Below are positions 1 to 14,611 of a DNA stretch of 40,158 bases, piece by piece. The notes below the pieces were generated by a model that ran no database searches, was not told the DNA's origin, and was given only the letters and a program-made list of their open reading frames with translations. The DNA is taken from assembly GCA_000934665.2 (NCBI GenBank), contig JYFJ02003565.1:1-40158 (forward strand), written 5' to 3'. How positions within the stretch are numbered: the first letter of the stretch is position 1; each line of letters starts with the position of its first letter. Made by a program: the position numbers and the translations under genes. Source of the DNA: Catajapyx aquilonaris. Taxonomy: Eukaryota.

Positions 1-3000
1 CTAGATGTAATACGTACAACCTAATCCCATGACAGCTGGAACATATTATTGGTGTTAAAATTTTCGTCAGTAGCAGGCCGGAATTTGTTTGAAAATGTAA
101 ATTAAACGATGGAAAAAATGTACCCTTCAAAAGAAATTTGCGCATGCAAAGCACATAGTATGTAATTGAACGTGTTTGATTATCCGGAAAAAAACAGAAA
201 TGAGAGGTGTTTGTATAATCAAAAATACTCAGAGTACGCCAGGAGGTTTTTAAAACATTGCACGTTACAGCAACTGAAAGTGTAGTACAAAGTTATTATG
301 TGTACCGTACAATAGCTATATCCACGCCAGAGATTGCCTAACTACTATCGAAAAAATATGCAGCTCAATTCCATATTCCAATAAATGCCATAATGGCTGT
401 CCGAATAATTAAAAAACCCCAATGCTGGAGGTGCCATGTAACTTGTAAGCAATTGAGTAATTCACTTTTGAACCAAGAAACGTTCATCTAAATACATGCC
501 TGAACATGTTGCGGTGCTTTTATACTCTGGTATACTCTGCAACAGTACATTACTCCCTTCAAAGAAATATGACGTGCATACTGGACACATACAAAACATC
601 AAAGACCATGCTGTATAAGCAGCAGCATGTACTTTCATGTGCCTACATTCTGGTAGCGGGTAGTTACAACGCAGACACGCCAATTTTATGAACACTACGT
701 CAATATTACCATGTAGTCGAACACAATGGAGGAATCCCAAAGCTCATCTTCTTTCATAATAAACCAACAAGGTCAGCCTTTGTTCTTCACTATATGTACT
801 ACGTTTGCTATTTTTTTAACTTTATATATTTTCCTATATGTTTCAGTATGCCAATGCGATGGTATAGACGGAATGCATCGGGTTGTGCCATTCGCATATT
901 TTTGGCATCAAAATTCAAAGAAAATGGGTTTGTGTATATTCGGGATATCCTACTGTATATCCGGATGTTTACAATAGGATGGATATTCGATCAAGTTCAA
1001 AAGAAACTCTATTTTTGATTTGTCATCTTTTGAGATGTTGAGGTTCTGACATTCCTTTCAAGATTATTTATAACTTCTGCATAGTAAAATCATGAATGAC
1101 ATTTTTTGATAACATGGTACCTAACTTTACTAAACTTAAACTTAAACTTAACCATTTCGCACTTTCCCTCTTTGATTCGGCTTCTATAGAAAACATTGTG
1201 AAGCAGTCCAGAAAATGAAAGCAACACCTCTCCATGCCAAAACAAACCTATTGATCATTCTCCAAACCTTGGTGGGTTCACCTCTCTTCCTATATATTTT
1301 CCATCCAGCCTGGACAATAAATATAAGCCTCCTTGAATAAAGCAGGTACGGTTGGGCACCTCCCGTCTGTCCTCTCGAGGCTTTCGTGAAATCCAAATTA
1401 CCTCGGTGTGACGAGTGGGCTGGAAAAGGAGCTCCAGGGAATGGGTAGAAAGGACAGGAAGAGGGTCAGAATGTAAATTTTACAGGAGAAACCCAATCCG
1501 AGTCAGTTATGAACTTCTTGCCTTTATTAGCGGTAAGGCCACCACAAAAGGGACCTCGGGATCTAATATACCAGAAGGTGAGTGTTCAAACATCGATTGA
1601 GTGATTGAAACTCATAGAGATATACATTTCACCCACGCCGTTAGCTTCAGGGTGATACATGGATTTTGCAACGAGGTTATGGGAAAGGGCATCTTCAGGG
1701 GGGTTTCATTTAATCAGAATTCATATTACAAAATGATAGAAGCATCTCAAAAATCCCATTGTCAACTTTGATTGACACAAAATTAATGCGAATGGGCAGT
1801 CACAGAATTCACTTGCGCTCGAAACCACTGACAATAATGGGAAGTTCAGATAGTTTCGATGCATTACAATGGGAGAGGGAAAGTGTGGGGCATTCCGTAA
1901 CTCGGCTTCATCCTGTGATTTGAACTTGAAATTGCTATTCGCAGGAATTTTTGAGTTGAGAACAATTTTGACAACAAAGAGAATCAGGAGGAAAGTTTGT
2001 AGCCATAGAAACAATCGCACTTTGGCTTTGATGTATTCAGCTATTTGTGGCATAACTCTCTTACGAGTTAACTTCGTAGCTATTCGCATGTACTATGGGG
2101 TTCAAATTGATCCAGGTCTTGAAGCAACACACACGCACACCTGCTCATCGTGGGGCCTGTGCGAAGGGTTGCTTCAAGACCAAGCGAAACGATGCAAATA
2201 TTCGAGCCAGAAATCCCTATCATGTCGGAGTATTAAATTAATTACGAATAATTTTATTAGTACTGTAATAGTTCTGACGTAATAAGCATGTAACGGTTAG
2301 TTACCCTGTTAATATTGCTGACACTAGACTAATTGTTGGCCGCTATGACGCTAGTACTATTTTAAGACTAATTGCATTACACCTTTATTAATAATTTAAT
2401 TACGAGGATATTCTACAAATAAACCTGTGTCAAAATTACATTTACATCAGTGTTCATACCTGCAGCAAAACTAATAGCACAACTTGTAAAGCCCTTCTTT
2501 TCAAGACATGGCTATATTACCCACAACCACATAGCAAAAAATATATACCCACCTACGGCCAGAACCTAGTAATTAAAACGGATGTTAAAACCCAACTGAA
2601 AGAGTTTCAACCACAAATATAACCACTACCTCACCCTCAAATTTTCCAGAGGCCTTTTTTTCCCCCCTTCATAAAAGAGAGGCAAGTAACCAATGAGGAA
2701 ATAGATCTAGTGGAAGTTCCGTCACATGCCCAGAAAGCGCGAGGGCTGAGTGGGGGGGCCAAGAGAGGACCATAATGCACCTGCGCTGGTGGTACCCCCC
2801 CATCTGATACCCCCACTGAAAATCATGCTCAATTTTATATAGGACCCAGTACACGGGTTCTCGGCGCTAAAGTTTCAAGCGAGGTTGCCCCACACACACC
2901 GACTGCAGGTCCACACGTCCTGCAACACATAAGGTACGTACAGTGTAACTTGAATTTCGATATGCATTGAAGTTCTGGTATATTTTTTCATCGATGAGTT

Positions 3001-6000
3001 TTTGTATGATTTAGTGCCGCGAAAATAGGGGTTGGAACTATTGGAATATGTGATTTATGCAGGGCTAGAATTTCGATTTCGGTTTCAAATAGGCTGACTT
3101 CCTCACTTATGCAAAATGTCATCAACTTTGCACTAACTGTAAGTGAATTAGTGCCGGAGTTTACTAGAAATATTTTGAAAAGTGCAGTTTTCAGATGTTT
3201 GTGGCACACAAATTGTTATAAATAATAAATGTGACATAAATCGCTTTTAATGTATACTGAAACATTAGGGAGCTTGAAGATCTCCCAATTGCGTGTTTCG
3301 TTAGGAAATAATAAGAATTTCACCAATTTTAAATTATTTCGGCAGAAATTATACCGTTTACAGAGCAGGAATTATTGGACCGAATAATGTACCGCAGAAC
3401 ATAGAAACTATTTCCGCTACACTACATTTTACAAAAAGTAGCATAAAACATGCATGCTGGATACTTAAAAGTTTTCGGTCCCACGATATACGTCGCATCG
3501 GCAAGAAAACTATTCGGGATACAAACTTACAGTACAGCACTAACAACTTATATCAATAATTATTGCCGTCCTCCCCCCCCCCCCNCCCCCCCCCTAAAAA
3601 CCTCAACTCTATTATTTATCAATACTAATATTTGATATCATAAATATAAGCCCCGTGCCATAATTAATAAGAAACATCAACAAAATCATAAAAGGGGCTT
3701 GACACTATTAAATAACCTTCTGCTAATAACTATGTTACACAAGCACTAATAAAATGTGGGCTACTTAATGAAATTACAAATGATACCATGTTTTTATGTT
3801 CAGTTTTTTGACGAATGAATTAAACTGTTTTTTCCCCCAAGGATTTGCAATTTGCAATTATTCGCATGTTGTGTAAACTACAGCCTAAGCAGATCGCAAT
3901 TTAAATCCTATTATAAGAGTGTGCAAATCGTCATAATCGTCCACCCATTACAAAATTAATACATAACCAGCAAGCGTTTTTCTGTGGATTACACAGGACT
4001 GATTATTTCAAATTTAGTGCGAACGTGAACCAAATCCCTTTACATGTTTATCGCTGTCATATCAGTGGCGTATATAATAATATGAACTTCAACTACGTGA
4101 AAGCGATCCGTCAATTTTTTTGCTATCAGGTTTCATATACACATATATACAGTAGATGTATAATAACATGCTCCATTAATGACAGATATGTCAATCATAT
4201 TTTTTCGCACTATTATCCTACCTAAAAATTACATAATAAGCCATTTATCAGGCGAGTAATAACGACACGAAATAACATTCAACATATTTAGCTAATCATC
4301 GCAAATTTAGGATGAGTAGTCAACATTTTAAAATAGTTTATTAAAATAAAGTCAGGGCAACCTACATGACATCATAAAATGTCATATGTTATTTAATAAA
4401 GAACAATGGAGCAAAAGCAGCTTAGTCTGAAGAAATTTTATAATCGCATTTGTCAACTTTGTTGCTTGTACCCTAAGTCCAGATGAAAAGTAAATTAAAA
4501 TAACAAGGAAAGTGAAAATCAAAAGATTATGTGAATAATAATTCCAAACTTTTTCACTCAGCTTCGGCATAACATTAATATGTGCCCGGTGTATAATTAA
4601 CTAAGCAAATAATAACTAAGGTCTAAAATTGCATACAGTGACGAACCGTGAAAATGCTCACGGTCACCACACACAATGACAGAATGCAGAAGCACGTCTC
4701 GAATTCCGTTTAGTATAACTTAGTGTATTTAGGTACTGTACGCCAGAAACTTCCACCGGATTAACAAGGAACAATTTCGCTTATTGCGCACTGGAGCTTG
4801 AAGACATTACTGACCCTAAGGCCTTCAATCTCCATTGTGACGTAAACTAACCGCAATAATACAAGTTCCTGAGTAAGCATGAGGCCAGAGAAATGAATTG
4901 GTCTATTTAGTGCACTCAATATGAATCCAACTTATGAGTGTGAGGTACTTCAACATACCTGCAAGAAATACTACCAAATTCCGGGCAAGATCCACGTCCT
5001 TAAATTTTTGATGCTACTAATTAACACAAAGTTCGATCTAAGAGCTCAAGGTTCATTCAGAAAGGCAAGTAAGGTTAATTAACCCGGATCCATAACAGCT
5101 CGCATAATCAAATCATTTGCCGTGGTAAAAATGATAGGTTCGATCATGATGTTCATGAATCGAGGCCGACAATGGCAGCTTCCTTTATATAGCTATGGAC
5201 CAAATCCTGCACAAAGGCGATAATGACTCTCCGAGAGATGCATCGTGATTAGCTCTGGTCCTATCCGCAAAATAGGTCCATTTCAGACCTTATCTTCAAT
5301 TCTCTAATTGATCCTACTTACGTACTTACGTACTTAAAATGATGAACGTTGTGTTCGGGTATGCCCAGGACTTGAATACTAAAGTAGCACACTCGTAAAG
5401 CAATTGCGGCGACATGTACAAAGTCACATTGATACGTTGTGTGAAAATTAAAGTGCTTTAAATTTTTGTGCATTTTATGTGTCATTATCAGTAAGAATGC
5501 GATGTTGTTGTTATTCTGGACGATTATGTAGGCGGTACGGCTCGGTGACATCAGGCATGCAATGTATGCAATAAACAAGTTCCTCAAGTAAATTATGAGG
5601 CAAATGTAACTTAATTACATATCAGTCCAACAAAATCTCCTACGACACCCACAACCTTTCAGCGTCTATTCTCCGGGTTACATAAGACGCAGGGGCACAG
5701 TAATATTTCATGTCAACTATAATGTATGACCTTATTAAAAATTGCTTTCTTACTCCAAGGTGAACCGTACGTGCTACCTTTTTTTGAAAAAAATGAAGTA
5801 ACTTCTTATCTACATTAGTCATAAAAAGTTCTGGAGCGCCATATCTCAAAAAGCCTGAAACAAAGTTTCAAAAAGCACCTTCTTGTTAATTGGGCTTTTT
5901 GTCAGACGTAGGTGGCATTACGAATTGAAGAGCCTTATCCATTAAGTTCCCAAAAGTATTCTTGTCACCTCAACTCAACCTGTAACCCTTCATCACTCCA

Positions 6001-6914
6001 CAAGAAGCTTAAAAGATTGTCTATTTTCTATGTAGGTTTATCTCAATTCGAGGGCTAAGGATGACACTTTTTTTTAGTCCCTTCTAGTCTTATTACAGAG
6101 CTTGCTTTGAGCCCTATCCCACTTTCGATCCGCTTATTTTCACATCATATTTTTCGACTTCTCTTATTCTTTCCATAACTCTTCACAGAAACCTCTCATC
6201 TGCCTGTAAATGGCCAGGTTTTGCTTTTCCACATCGTTTCACCTTCGTTTATCCACCCACTCCACTCCTTCTTCCACCCCTTCAAATTCTCAAAAAAAAA
6301 AGGGGGGGGGGGATGAAACCTTCAACCTCAATATATTCAAAATGTGGAGATTTACGATTTTCGTGTGGGCCATTCAAGCACCATTTCTCATCAAAATTCT
6401 GTGTAGCTTTGGAAGTCTTACCAGGTAATGCCATGATTTTGGGGGAGGTAAAACATTATTTATAAAGGGTTCTGCACTGTATAAGTTGACATCTCCAACA
6501 ATAGCAGTCGGATCACTGGTAGATCCCGATGTGTACACGGGGGCGACTGGCCGAATTAAACCCTCAATAAAATTAGGAAATCAACATGAACAGTCTGCAT
6601 TACTATTTAATGCCAGCTCAAGAGTACAAAGAGATTGAACTTTGTACGATGTCACTTGAGCACTCGTGGCAAATACAGTCAGTTTCACTGACATGACTAA
6701 TTCTCACTCTGTTGGCTATTAGCGTAATAGGTTTCGTTTCCAATTTGCATGCGAGTCATATGTAATCACTGTGCAATGTAAAAGTTTGTTCGTGCAGAGT
6801 ACATGTCATCTCACAACTCATACTGAACAATCAATGGTGTTGCTTTATTTCGGCTTGCTCCCATTAGGTACATGCTTCACGTGAAAATCTCTCCCACTGT
6901 CTACACATTCTGTC

Positions 6915-7174
6915 GTCAGATGTAAAGGCAGGTTCACACTAGCTGACGGTAGCATACGAAACGAACGGAACGGTATGACGAAACGAACGGAACTAGGGGC
7001 TAGGTGTTCAGACACAAAAGCGAGGGACGAAGACCATAACTCAAAAACTAGTAAGGGTGAAAGTCGCATGCATGCCCTGCACTAATCCCCTCTTAATCAG
7101 GTGGGATTAGTGCAGGGCGTGCATGCGACTTTCACCCTTACTAGTTATTGAGTTACGGTCTTCTTACATCTGAC
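6915..7174. mobile_element. Palindromic foldback/MITE-like element with a ~100-bp interruption in its left arm
   Basis: 61-bp inverted arms at 7029-7089 and 7103-7163 (few mismatches, 13-nt loop). The outer pair GTCAGATGTAA (6915-6925) / TTACATCTGAC (7164-7174) continues the palindrome, and 6926-7028 has no partner. Confidence 0.7.
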
Positions 7175-8062
7175 AGCATCTATCGTAACCATCGCCAAAA
7201 TTCAAATTTAGCAGGTAGATGAATATTGTGATGTTTAGTGAAACTCTCTGTAACTGCGCAGTTCATTGCAAAACCATAGTCCCCGAAATGTAATGGGTCA
7301 GTGTACGCACAATACATCCACATTCATGAGAATATCTAACAAGGGTACATGTCTCTACACTACACCAAATGCACGTTGCAACATTGCTGGAAAAAAACAG
7401 TATAAAGCACAGAGTATGCCTGCAGTACATAAAAGCCAAGACGGGTCTCCCGCCCATGTACGGTGATGTAATGGATGTACTGTACCCCAGCTGAAAGGTG
7501 CCGGTACTTTCAATCAGCTTTTCCCCTGCAGCAAATTGAAAGCCTGTATCACTGTATCAGAAATAGTCTAAAAATAGTTTACGGGTAAGAGTCACATCAA
7601 GAATGATTTATATTTTGGCACACCTTACAAATGCTTTTAACATAAATACATTAACAATAGCATCACCCTCCATATTGGCGACATCGATATACAGTGGGTG
7701 TCGAGTAATGTCACCTCTCTCAGCCACCTGAGAACTTCCCTTAGAATCTTAGATTGACCTGCGCGACCTGCTCTCACAAGTCGTCTGGTTTTTCTCAGCC
7801 ATTTTTCTCCTTCGCCTTCCAAAGTCGAGGCAAAAGCATACCAATATTTTCTCAGAGCAGGGATTTGCAGACACAATCTTGAGGTAGGAGGAACATTCAC
7901 TATTCAAGAAACCCCTCATCAAACTTGAAAACTTGGGCACTTTTAAGCTGTTGAAATGTCAGGACCAAGCGTCACATATTTCAACATTTTTTATACAGGG
8001 TGTACTGTAACTGAAGCGAAGTATTTATATTAAATTTTTTGTCATTAGTTGAGCAGTTTATA

Positions 8063-8334
8063 CAGGGTGTTAATCCTAAGCGTGTCACCAGAAAAAGGTG
8101 GTGGTAGAGGGCGCAGGTGTGAGCATTTTTGCATAACTAGGGGTCGGAAACGCACCCTCACCGAGTCACTCCGCCGCGTGCCGCACGCCTCTCGCACACT
8201 GCCTGCCGAAAACTTGAAAGGGGCGTAACTCGGTGAGGGTGCGTTTCCGACCCCTAGTTCCTTATGCAAAAATGCTCCCACCTGCGCCCTCTACCACCAC
8301 CTTTTCTGGTGACACGCTTAGGATTAACACCCTG
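8063..8334. mobile_element. Tc1/mariner-type MITE with long TIRs
   Basis: TA|CAGGGTGTTAATCCTAAGCG...CGCTTAGGATTAACACCCTG|TA. Near-perfect ~105-bp inverted arms (8063-8166 / 8228-8334), TA flanks at 8061-8062 and 8335-8336, no coding capacity. Confidence 0.85.
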
Positions 8335-11220
8335 TATATTTTCATCTCATTTCGTAAATAGCAACATTAATAAAAAATTCAACAAATCTTCCCGTCAACC
8401 TACAAGTTATTCAGCTAATGACTCCAACGTAATAAACACCATCATTTAATAAGTAGCGTCTAATTGCCATACATGAAGTCCTAACTAAAATATATATTTT
8501 TTTAAAAAATTGCACCCTAGAATTTTGTTTAAAATTGTTTGGGAATAAGTTACTATCACATAATTATGATCCCTAACTCACTAGCATCCTGGAAGTTTCT
8601 ACTATTGACTCAGCTGTAATTCGCAAGCTGCAGAAGCAGTCCAGGTACGCAAATGTACATGACGTCATTCGAGACACAGCAAATGGAATTGATTTAGCTG
8701 CAAGAATGAATAATTTAGGCACAAGATGGCACAAAATACTGCCCAATCCTATAAGCCTATATTCGAGTGTTGAAACTTTTAACAAAGACGCTGGCAAAAC
8801 TTTCACAAAGATCCCTAAGGAAACGTCTCTTATAAATATTTTCCCCACTCCCGTCAGATGTACCCTTCAGACTTTCACAAAATAATTAACCATCCCATAA
8901 TTGCACCACCCAATGAAACATTGCTGAAATGGGGGAAAAAATTTAGGAGATTTGCCCTTTTGGAGGATCACAAGCCGTAGGATATGAACTAGTAATAATG
9001 TGGATAATAGGCTCCTAAATCCTCCTGAGGCCACCACGTCAGATCCCAAATATTTGTCCATTTCATTGTGATCTATTTGGGCAGTTCATTAGCAGATGAA
9101 AATATGCTCCGAACAATGCCGGATTGTTGGTCCAACACAATGTCAATTTTTGCATAGTTGCTTCTAATTAAATCGGGCACAAAGGCTTTAAGAAGGAACC
9201 GTTTGGACCAATGTCGTCATGCACTTTAGTCCCTCATCAACCTCATTATAAGACGCCCTGGGATTCTTCTCAACTTACGCGAAGTGAAATCCTTTTGAAG
9301 CCGAGGCCCAAGGATTATTACTGCATGTAAATTTCTGCTACTTCTCACCCCCCCCCCCCTTACTGCATCATGTGTATTCTCTTCCTTATAGCAGTTTTGA
9401 GACTTATTCCGGGCTTGGGTCTGAGACTCTGTTTTTTATCGCCAGCGTATTCTTCACTGGTTTTTGGGCAATCCCTTAATTTTCTTCTCTGAATGCATTT
9501 CGTTGTCATCGAATTTTCCTCTCCCGTATTATAAGCGGATAATACGGTTTGTAGAGGAGGTAAAACCCTTTGCATATTCATTGGGAGTAAATGGACGGGC
9601 GCCTCCAGGGACTTTGGTTTATTTTTTATTTGCTCTGCAGTGCACCTACTTTGAATGTGGCATTACGCGGGCATTAATATGTCACCTCAATAATGATTAT
9701 TTATTGTAATTAATATACTGTATATTAATGTACAATATGATAATCATCTTCATAATCGATGGAGCAAAAGGAACCAGATCTCACTTAATTACATACTGTA
9801 CTATAAACGTGACTGTATTCGATCATGCGTGTCTTCTTAGTCTTTAGCAACGACTCAGTGAAATAGCATATATTGCACTCGATCCTATTACTTCTTGCAC
9901 TTGTTCTTAAAACTGCAATTACAGAACCCTTTACTCTCGAGAGCTTTCTTCATTATTTCAAGCACGATTCTCCTAAGTTACGCATGCATTTTCATAAAGG
10001 AATGCAATACGGGCTTTTAGGCATCTTGCAAATGCCTACAACAATAGCAAAAACCTATACAAAAATCACTTCACTACCCATTTTCAGCTTCTAGCAGGTT
10101 TAAAATAGTCCATGGTGTAACGCACGTATACGTGACATGCCCAAATAGTAATCATTTGTTGAACAGTATAATGAGCCAGTATGTTTAAAGAACATGAGAC
10201 AATTCATTGATATGCTGAAAAGTGATTTGCAATCCCTGTCCAACCACTTCATGAATATGAACCAGCCCCCGGACACTACCTCTACGTTGTTATGGGAGTG
10301 TCCAGACCTTAGTATTCTATGACCATGATCGGTCCGTCATCCACTTACCGCAGAATCACCTAACGTATTCTAATGACAGAAGATGGAACCCTCGATCAGG
10401 CTCAATGTGTCCGGAAAAAACTCGTGGGGATAGTACCTCGTGTTACAAGCGTATACAAGGCCCATTCTCATGCTTTATTGCCCATAATTCGTCCATTCGT
10501 CACTAAATACGCATAATTTGACCCTTATGGCAACCCCATGGCTATCGTTACGAAAGCCGTGTGTATACGACATCCAACGTATGAACAGATTATTTTCGCC
10601 CCCTCCTATCTCCCTACATAAAAATGTGCCCCTATGCATAGAATCGAGCCCAATTTCTGAGCGAACGTGGCCGCCGAAAAAAAATGTGCCCGCCGAGACC
10701 ATAAAGGTTATTACCTTGGACCAGAAAATAATGAAAAAAAAGAAGGACGTTACGCACTGTTCCGCCTTAAGACACAACCCTCTGAGAAGGAAGTGGAGGA
10801 ACTGATTTTGATATCGAGCTCCAATGTGAAATTCTGAAACACATGCCACAGGAATTCGGGTGTCTCTTTGTAGACAAAATATTTCGGGCTTGTGAGCCGA
10901 ATGACTGCATCAAGAGGCGCTAAGTATGAATATATCATGTTTAAATTGATATGTGCTTCACATGCAGTAATTTCATGTGGCCTTGGCTTGGTAAAGAAAC
11001 ACTGCACAACCCCAAGGGATCTGGAAGTTTGCTTCAATTACCATATTTTCTAGCGTAATCACCGACTCTGCAAGTGGCGCATCCCAATTTTGGAGAACAA
11101 AATAGGGAGTCGAGTGTAAGATTTCATAAGCAATGTAAACATGGGGAGGTCACGGTAACTATTTCAATGCAGTGTGCCCGAACTCCTGCTTACTAATACA
11201 TGCATGTGCTACAGTCACAT

Positions 11221-11527
11221 TAATTCCGTCATACTGCTAGCGACTGATGCGGCAGGCATGCAAATCGGAGCCGTGCGAGTAAGAAATGATAGCCCTTGGG
11301 TGACGTCACTGGCTGGGGGGCAATAGAGAAAAAGCTTGTCCCCAGCCAGTGACGTCACCCAACCACATGGGCAGGTTGCATCCGCAGTTGGAGTCCAACT
11401 CCGACTCCAACTCGCACCTTTACTCGCCTTTACTCGCCTTTACTCGCCTTTACTCGCCTTTACTCGCACGGCTCCGATTTGCACGCCTGCCGCATCAGTA
11501 AATGTCGCTAGCAGTATGACGCAATTA
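11221..11527. mobile_element. Palindromic non-autonomous DNA element (MITE-like) with nested hairpin and minisatellite
   Basis: Outer ~60-bp inverted arms (CGTCATACTGCTAGCGAC...GTCGCTAGCAGTATGACG) bounded by TAA/TTA. An inner perfect 23-bp inverted repeat lies at 11296-11318 / 11340-11362. Confidence 0.75.
11417..11466. repeat. (CCTTTACTCG)x5 tandem repeat
   Basis: Five exact 10-mers inside the palindromic element. Confidence 0.95.
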
Positions 11528-14310
11528 CACTGTACAATTTCACATTAGATATCTATAGACCGGCTATATCACTGACAACCTGCTACTTGAAATCAGGTTA
11601 GGATATTATCCATAGTTATTTTTCCTAAACTGATGTCAATTCCACGATACTGTGTTTCACAATATGCACTTGTAGTTTTTGCAATAGAACGTCAAATGCC
11701 ACGATTTTGGCTGGAGGATGACTGGGGGCTACAGGAATTTTCATGCTTGTTTTGCAGTATATTGACGTATACGCTACAGGCGTACGTACTCCAATTATGC
11801 GGAGTACTAGTGTATCTCAGATTGCAGGCAGTGTTATGTTTGCACAGCGTCAGACGCTCACTGCGATCCTAGTTTTTACAGGTTTGTAATAATTACAGAA
11901 TTCACAGTAATTTTAAAAGCATCTGCTGTGAAACAACTTCCGGGACCATTCACCTGGGCGTCGACATGGTTATAGCCTCCAGTCTGATTAGTGTCCGATT
12001 GACTCTTACTAGGTTAATCACCAGGAATTACGCCACTGCAACCCCCCACTTACGCGAATAGCTGCAAACTCCCAAGTATGCAGATTGGTCCCCTGTTAGA
12101 AAATGAGAAACTACTGCAATCAATTTCTATCTATAGTCACTACTTCACTTTCTTCCTTGCACTCCAGCAAATAAGCCGTACTAAGGCTTGAGATGAATAT
12201 AAATGACCCCGTATGTCATTACCTGTAATTATCAAAAACTTAGCTAATTAAGTAAGTAAATAATCGCAATGTAGAGAATCAAGCTGTGATTAATCCCCTG
12301 CCCTTACCATAACCCTCCCGCGGATCGAATAATCCCCCTTCAATCAAGCAACTTGTGGTTGCCAACTTGGAACCAGGTTTAGGGTAGCACTCCAGCAGTA
12401 ATGTCATCAGGGGCGGAGTGCCAGTGTGGACAAATAATGACATTAGTATTTTATACAGAAATATCAGATTTACAGAAACGGTTGCGGCCAGCCCGCAAGA
12501 CACATGGCAAACTTGCGGTTTTCTTACTATTACAGTAACGAAAATGTGTAAATGTCAACTCACCTAAACAACTTTGCGTGGAACTTGTCCCTTTTGCCCC
12601 CTGCGGTGCAACAAAATTTTATTACAAGTATACAGGGAGAAAATTCTAGTATATTGCAAGACAGTTTTGCGTCTTGGAAATGTGTTTGATCAAGGAGCCC
12701 GACATTCCAAGAAAAATGTATGAGATTCAATACAACATGGTTTAATTTAACATCAGCAAAATGGTATCGTGAATCGAGAAATAAATTAACAATTAAACCT
12801 CGGCGTAATAATTATATTACACATTCTTTTGTTTGAGTCATTCCAACCAGTTTGCACACATCGCTACACAAAAAGCGGCGCTAGTTTTTAATTACATTAT
12901 GTAGCCAAAATTGCAATGAGAAAAGTTTCTAAGCATCAATCGATAGTTAAATTACTTTTCAACCACATGGTTATGCTTCGGAACATTTACGCAATGCGCA
13001 CATAGCCGCAGTTATAGAACGATGTGGCTTGAAATTTGCAAAACTACTGCCCTGAGCGTCAGACACATGATATATTTTGTAAATATGTCAGCGACGTGAC
13101 ACAAATGGACGAAAGTACTTCAATGCCAAAAAGGCGTATATGTTGTCAACAAGAGGTGTTAATTGGTTGTTTTTTTTTGTTAGAGATGCAAACTCAATTT
13201 TAAAAATATATACTATGTACAGTACTTGCAACGTTCAAGCTGCTGAAATGAAGAAAATTGGGCATATAGCATACACTAATGTTCATATATTAATTTTCTA
13301 CTACCGGTACTGTTTTTTGGCCATTTACTAAACGAAACAAAACAGATCAGATTTATTCTGTTTTTATCATCTGGTCAATGCACAGATTAAGCTGCAGAAC
13401 AAATCGCAAATGGTAACTACCATAAAACGAAAACTCCATAAAAGACCGGAACTAAGCTACGTATCTGATTGCATATTCACACCTAATTATCGGAAAAATT
13501 ATGTAAATCCGTTAAAGCATTTAAATTAAACTTTTTGACAGATGATTGGCAACCGAAGAAAACATGTATGAACATTTGCAATACATTTCAGCGAGGTAAC
13601 AAAGGGCGATTATAATCGCGGTCGCTAGTATATGTAAGGCGTAGCAGTGATAATTTTGGAGGAAAACAATGTGCATAAATGAAGCTAATCCACGTTTGAC
13701 GCACCACTGAATTCCAGTCAGTCAGTACAAAACGTCAAATTTCCATTACTCTATAGGTCATTTAACGAATTAGCATAATTTTGCAGGACATGGTGACTAT
13801 AGTCACACAATAGTCCTTGATAATCCAGCATCTTTTTGAGGGTTTTCCAGTAGGTTTTAACTAGATATAAGCATTGTCAGAATATTATCATAGTAATAGT
13901 TTATAAGCAGTGTGTGTTCTGGATAAATTATAATGTGCAGGATAACTTTTTGTAAAAATAGCTACACACGATATTTCGTTCCATATCAGTAGTATAAGAC
14001 TCACTATCTACTATCATATAATGTGTAGGTTATGGTATAATTTTTTAATGCTATCGCTGTTGGATTGACAAGAGCCTTAAACTACCACGTTCTATTGCAT
14101 GCTTGCCAATTTCATATCGACCATCAGCTGATGTAATAGCGCAAGAAAGCACAGTTGAGATGTTCAGTGTATCCATGCAAGAGCGTTTACAAGATATTAA
14201 AAATACTGCAACAGTAATGTCTTTCTCAATATATGAAAACGTCAGCAGAAATATATTAGACTCCACCTGAATGTCCTTCAGCTCTAAAGTGTTAGAATAA
14301 CTGCGCAATG

Positions 14311-14611
14311 TCTATATAAATAAAGCCGTTTGTGAATCTGTCTGTCTGTCCGCCTGCCAACCGTCATTTGCCTGCCATCTGTGCTCCTCCCCCAGGCCGA
14401 GAGAGGATGGAGGTGTTGGGGGTTGACTACATATGGCAGGCAAATGACGGTTGCCCTTATACAGGCGGGAGAGATTGAAGGTGTTGGAGTAGCAGGACCA
14501 CAGATGGCATTGGTGGCCGGACACACAGAAAGACAGACAATTCACGGGGTTACTGTCAGGTGTTTTCCCTTCATTCATTTCTTCCCGGGCAACGCCGGGT
14601 GCCGCAGCTAG
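14311..14611 (+). mobile_element. Non-autonomous Helitron
   Basis: 5' TCTATATAAATAAAG, a (TCTG)n tract near the 5' end, a GC-rich subterminal hairpin CCCGGGCAACGCCGGG (14584-14599), then terminal CTAG (14608-14611) followed by T. No TSD. The base before the 5' TC is G rather than the canonical A. Confidence 0.75.

Noticed and set aside
1130..1600. (TAAACT)n tract with adjacent possibly LINE-derived sequence on the minus strand
   Set aside because: Only vague Cys-Pro motifs with stops and frameshifts, and no TSD found; cannot support.
3570..3596. Poly-C run containing an N
   Set aside because: Homopolymer/assembly ambiguity with no interpretable feature.
8570..9300. ~100-codon stop-free stretch and a KYLG motif suggestive of decayed reverse transcriptase
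   Set aside because: No other RT motifs in register; too degenerate to call.
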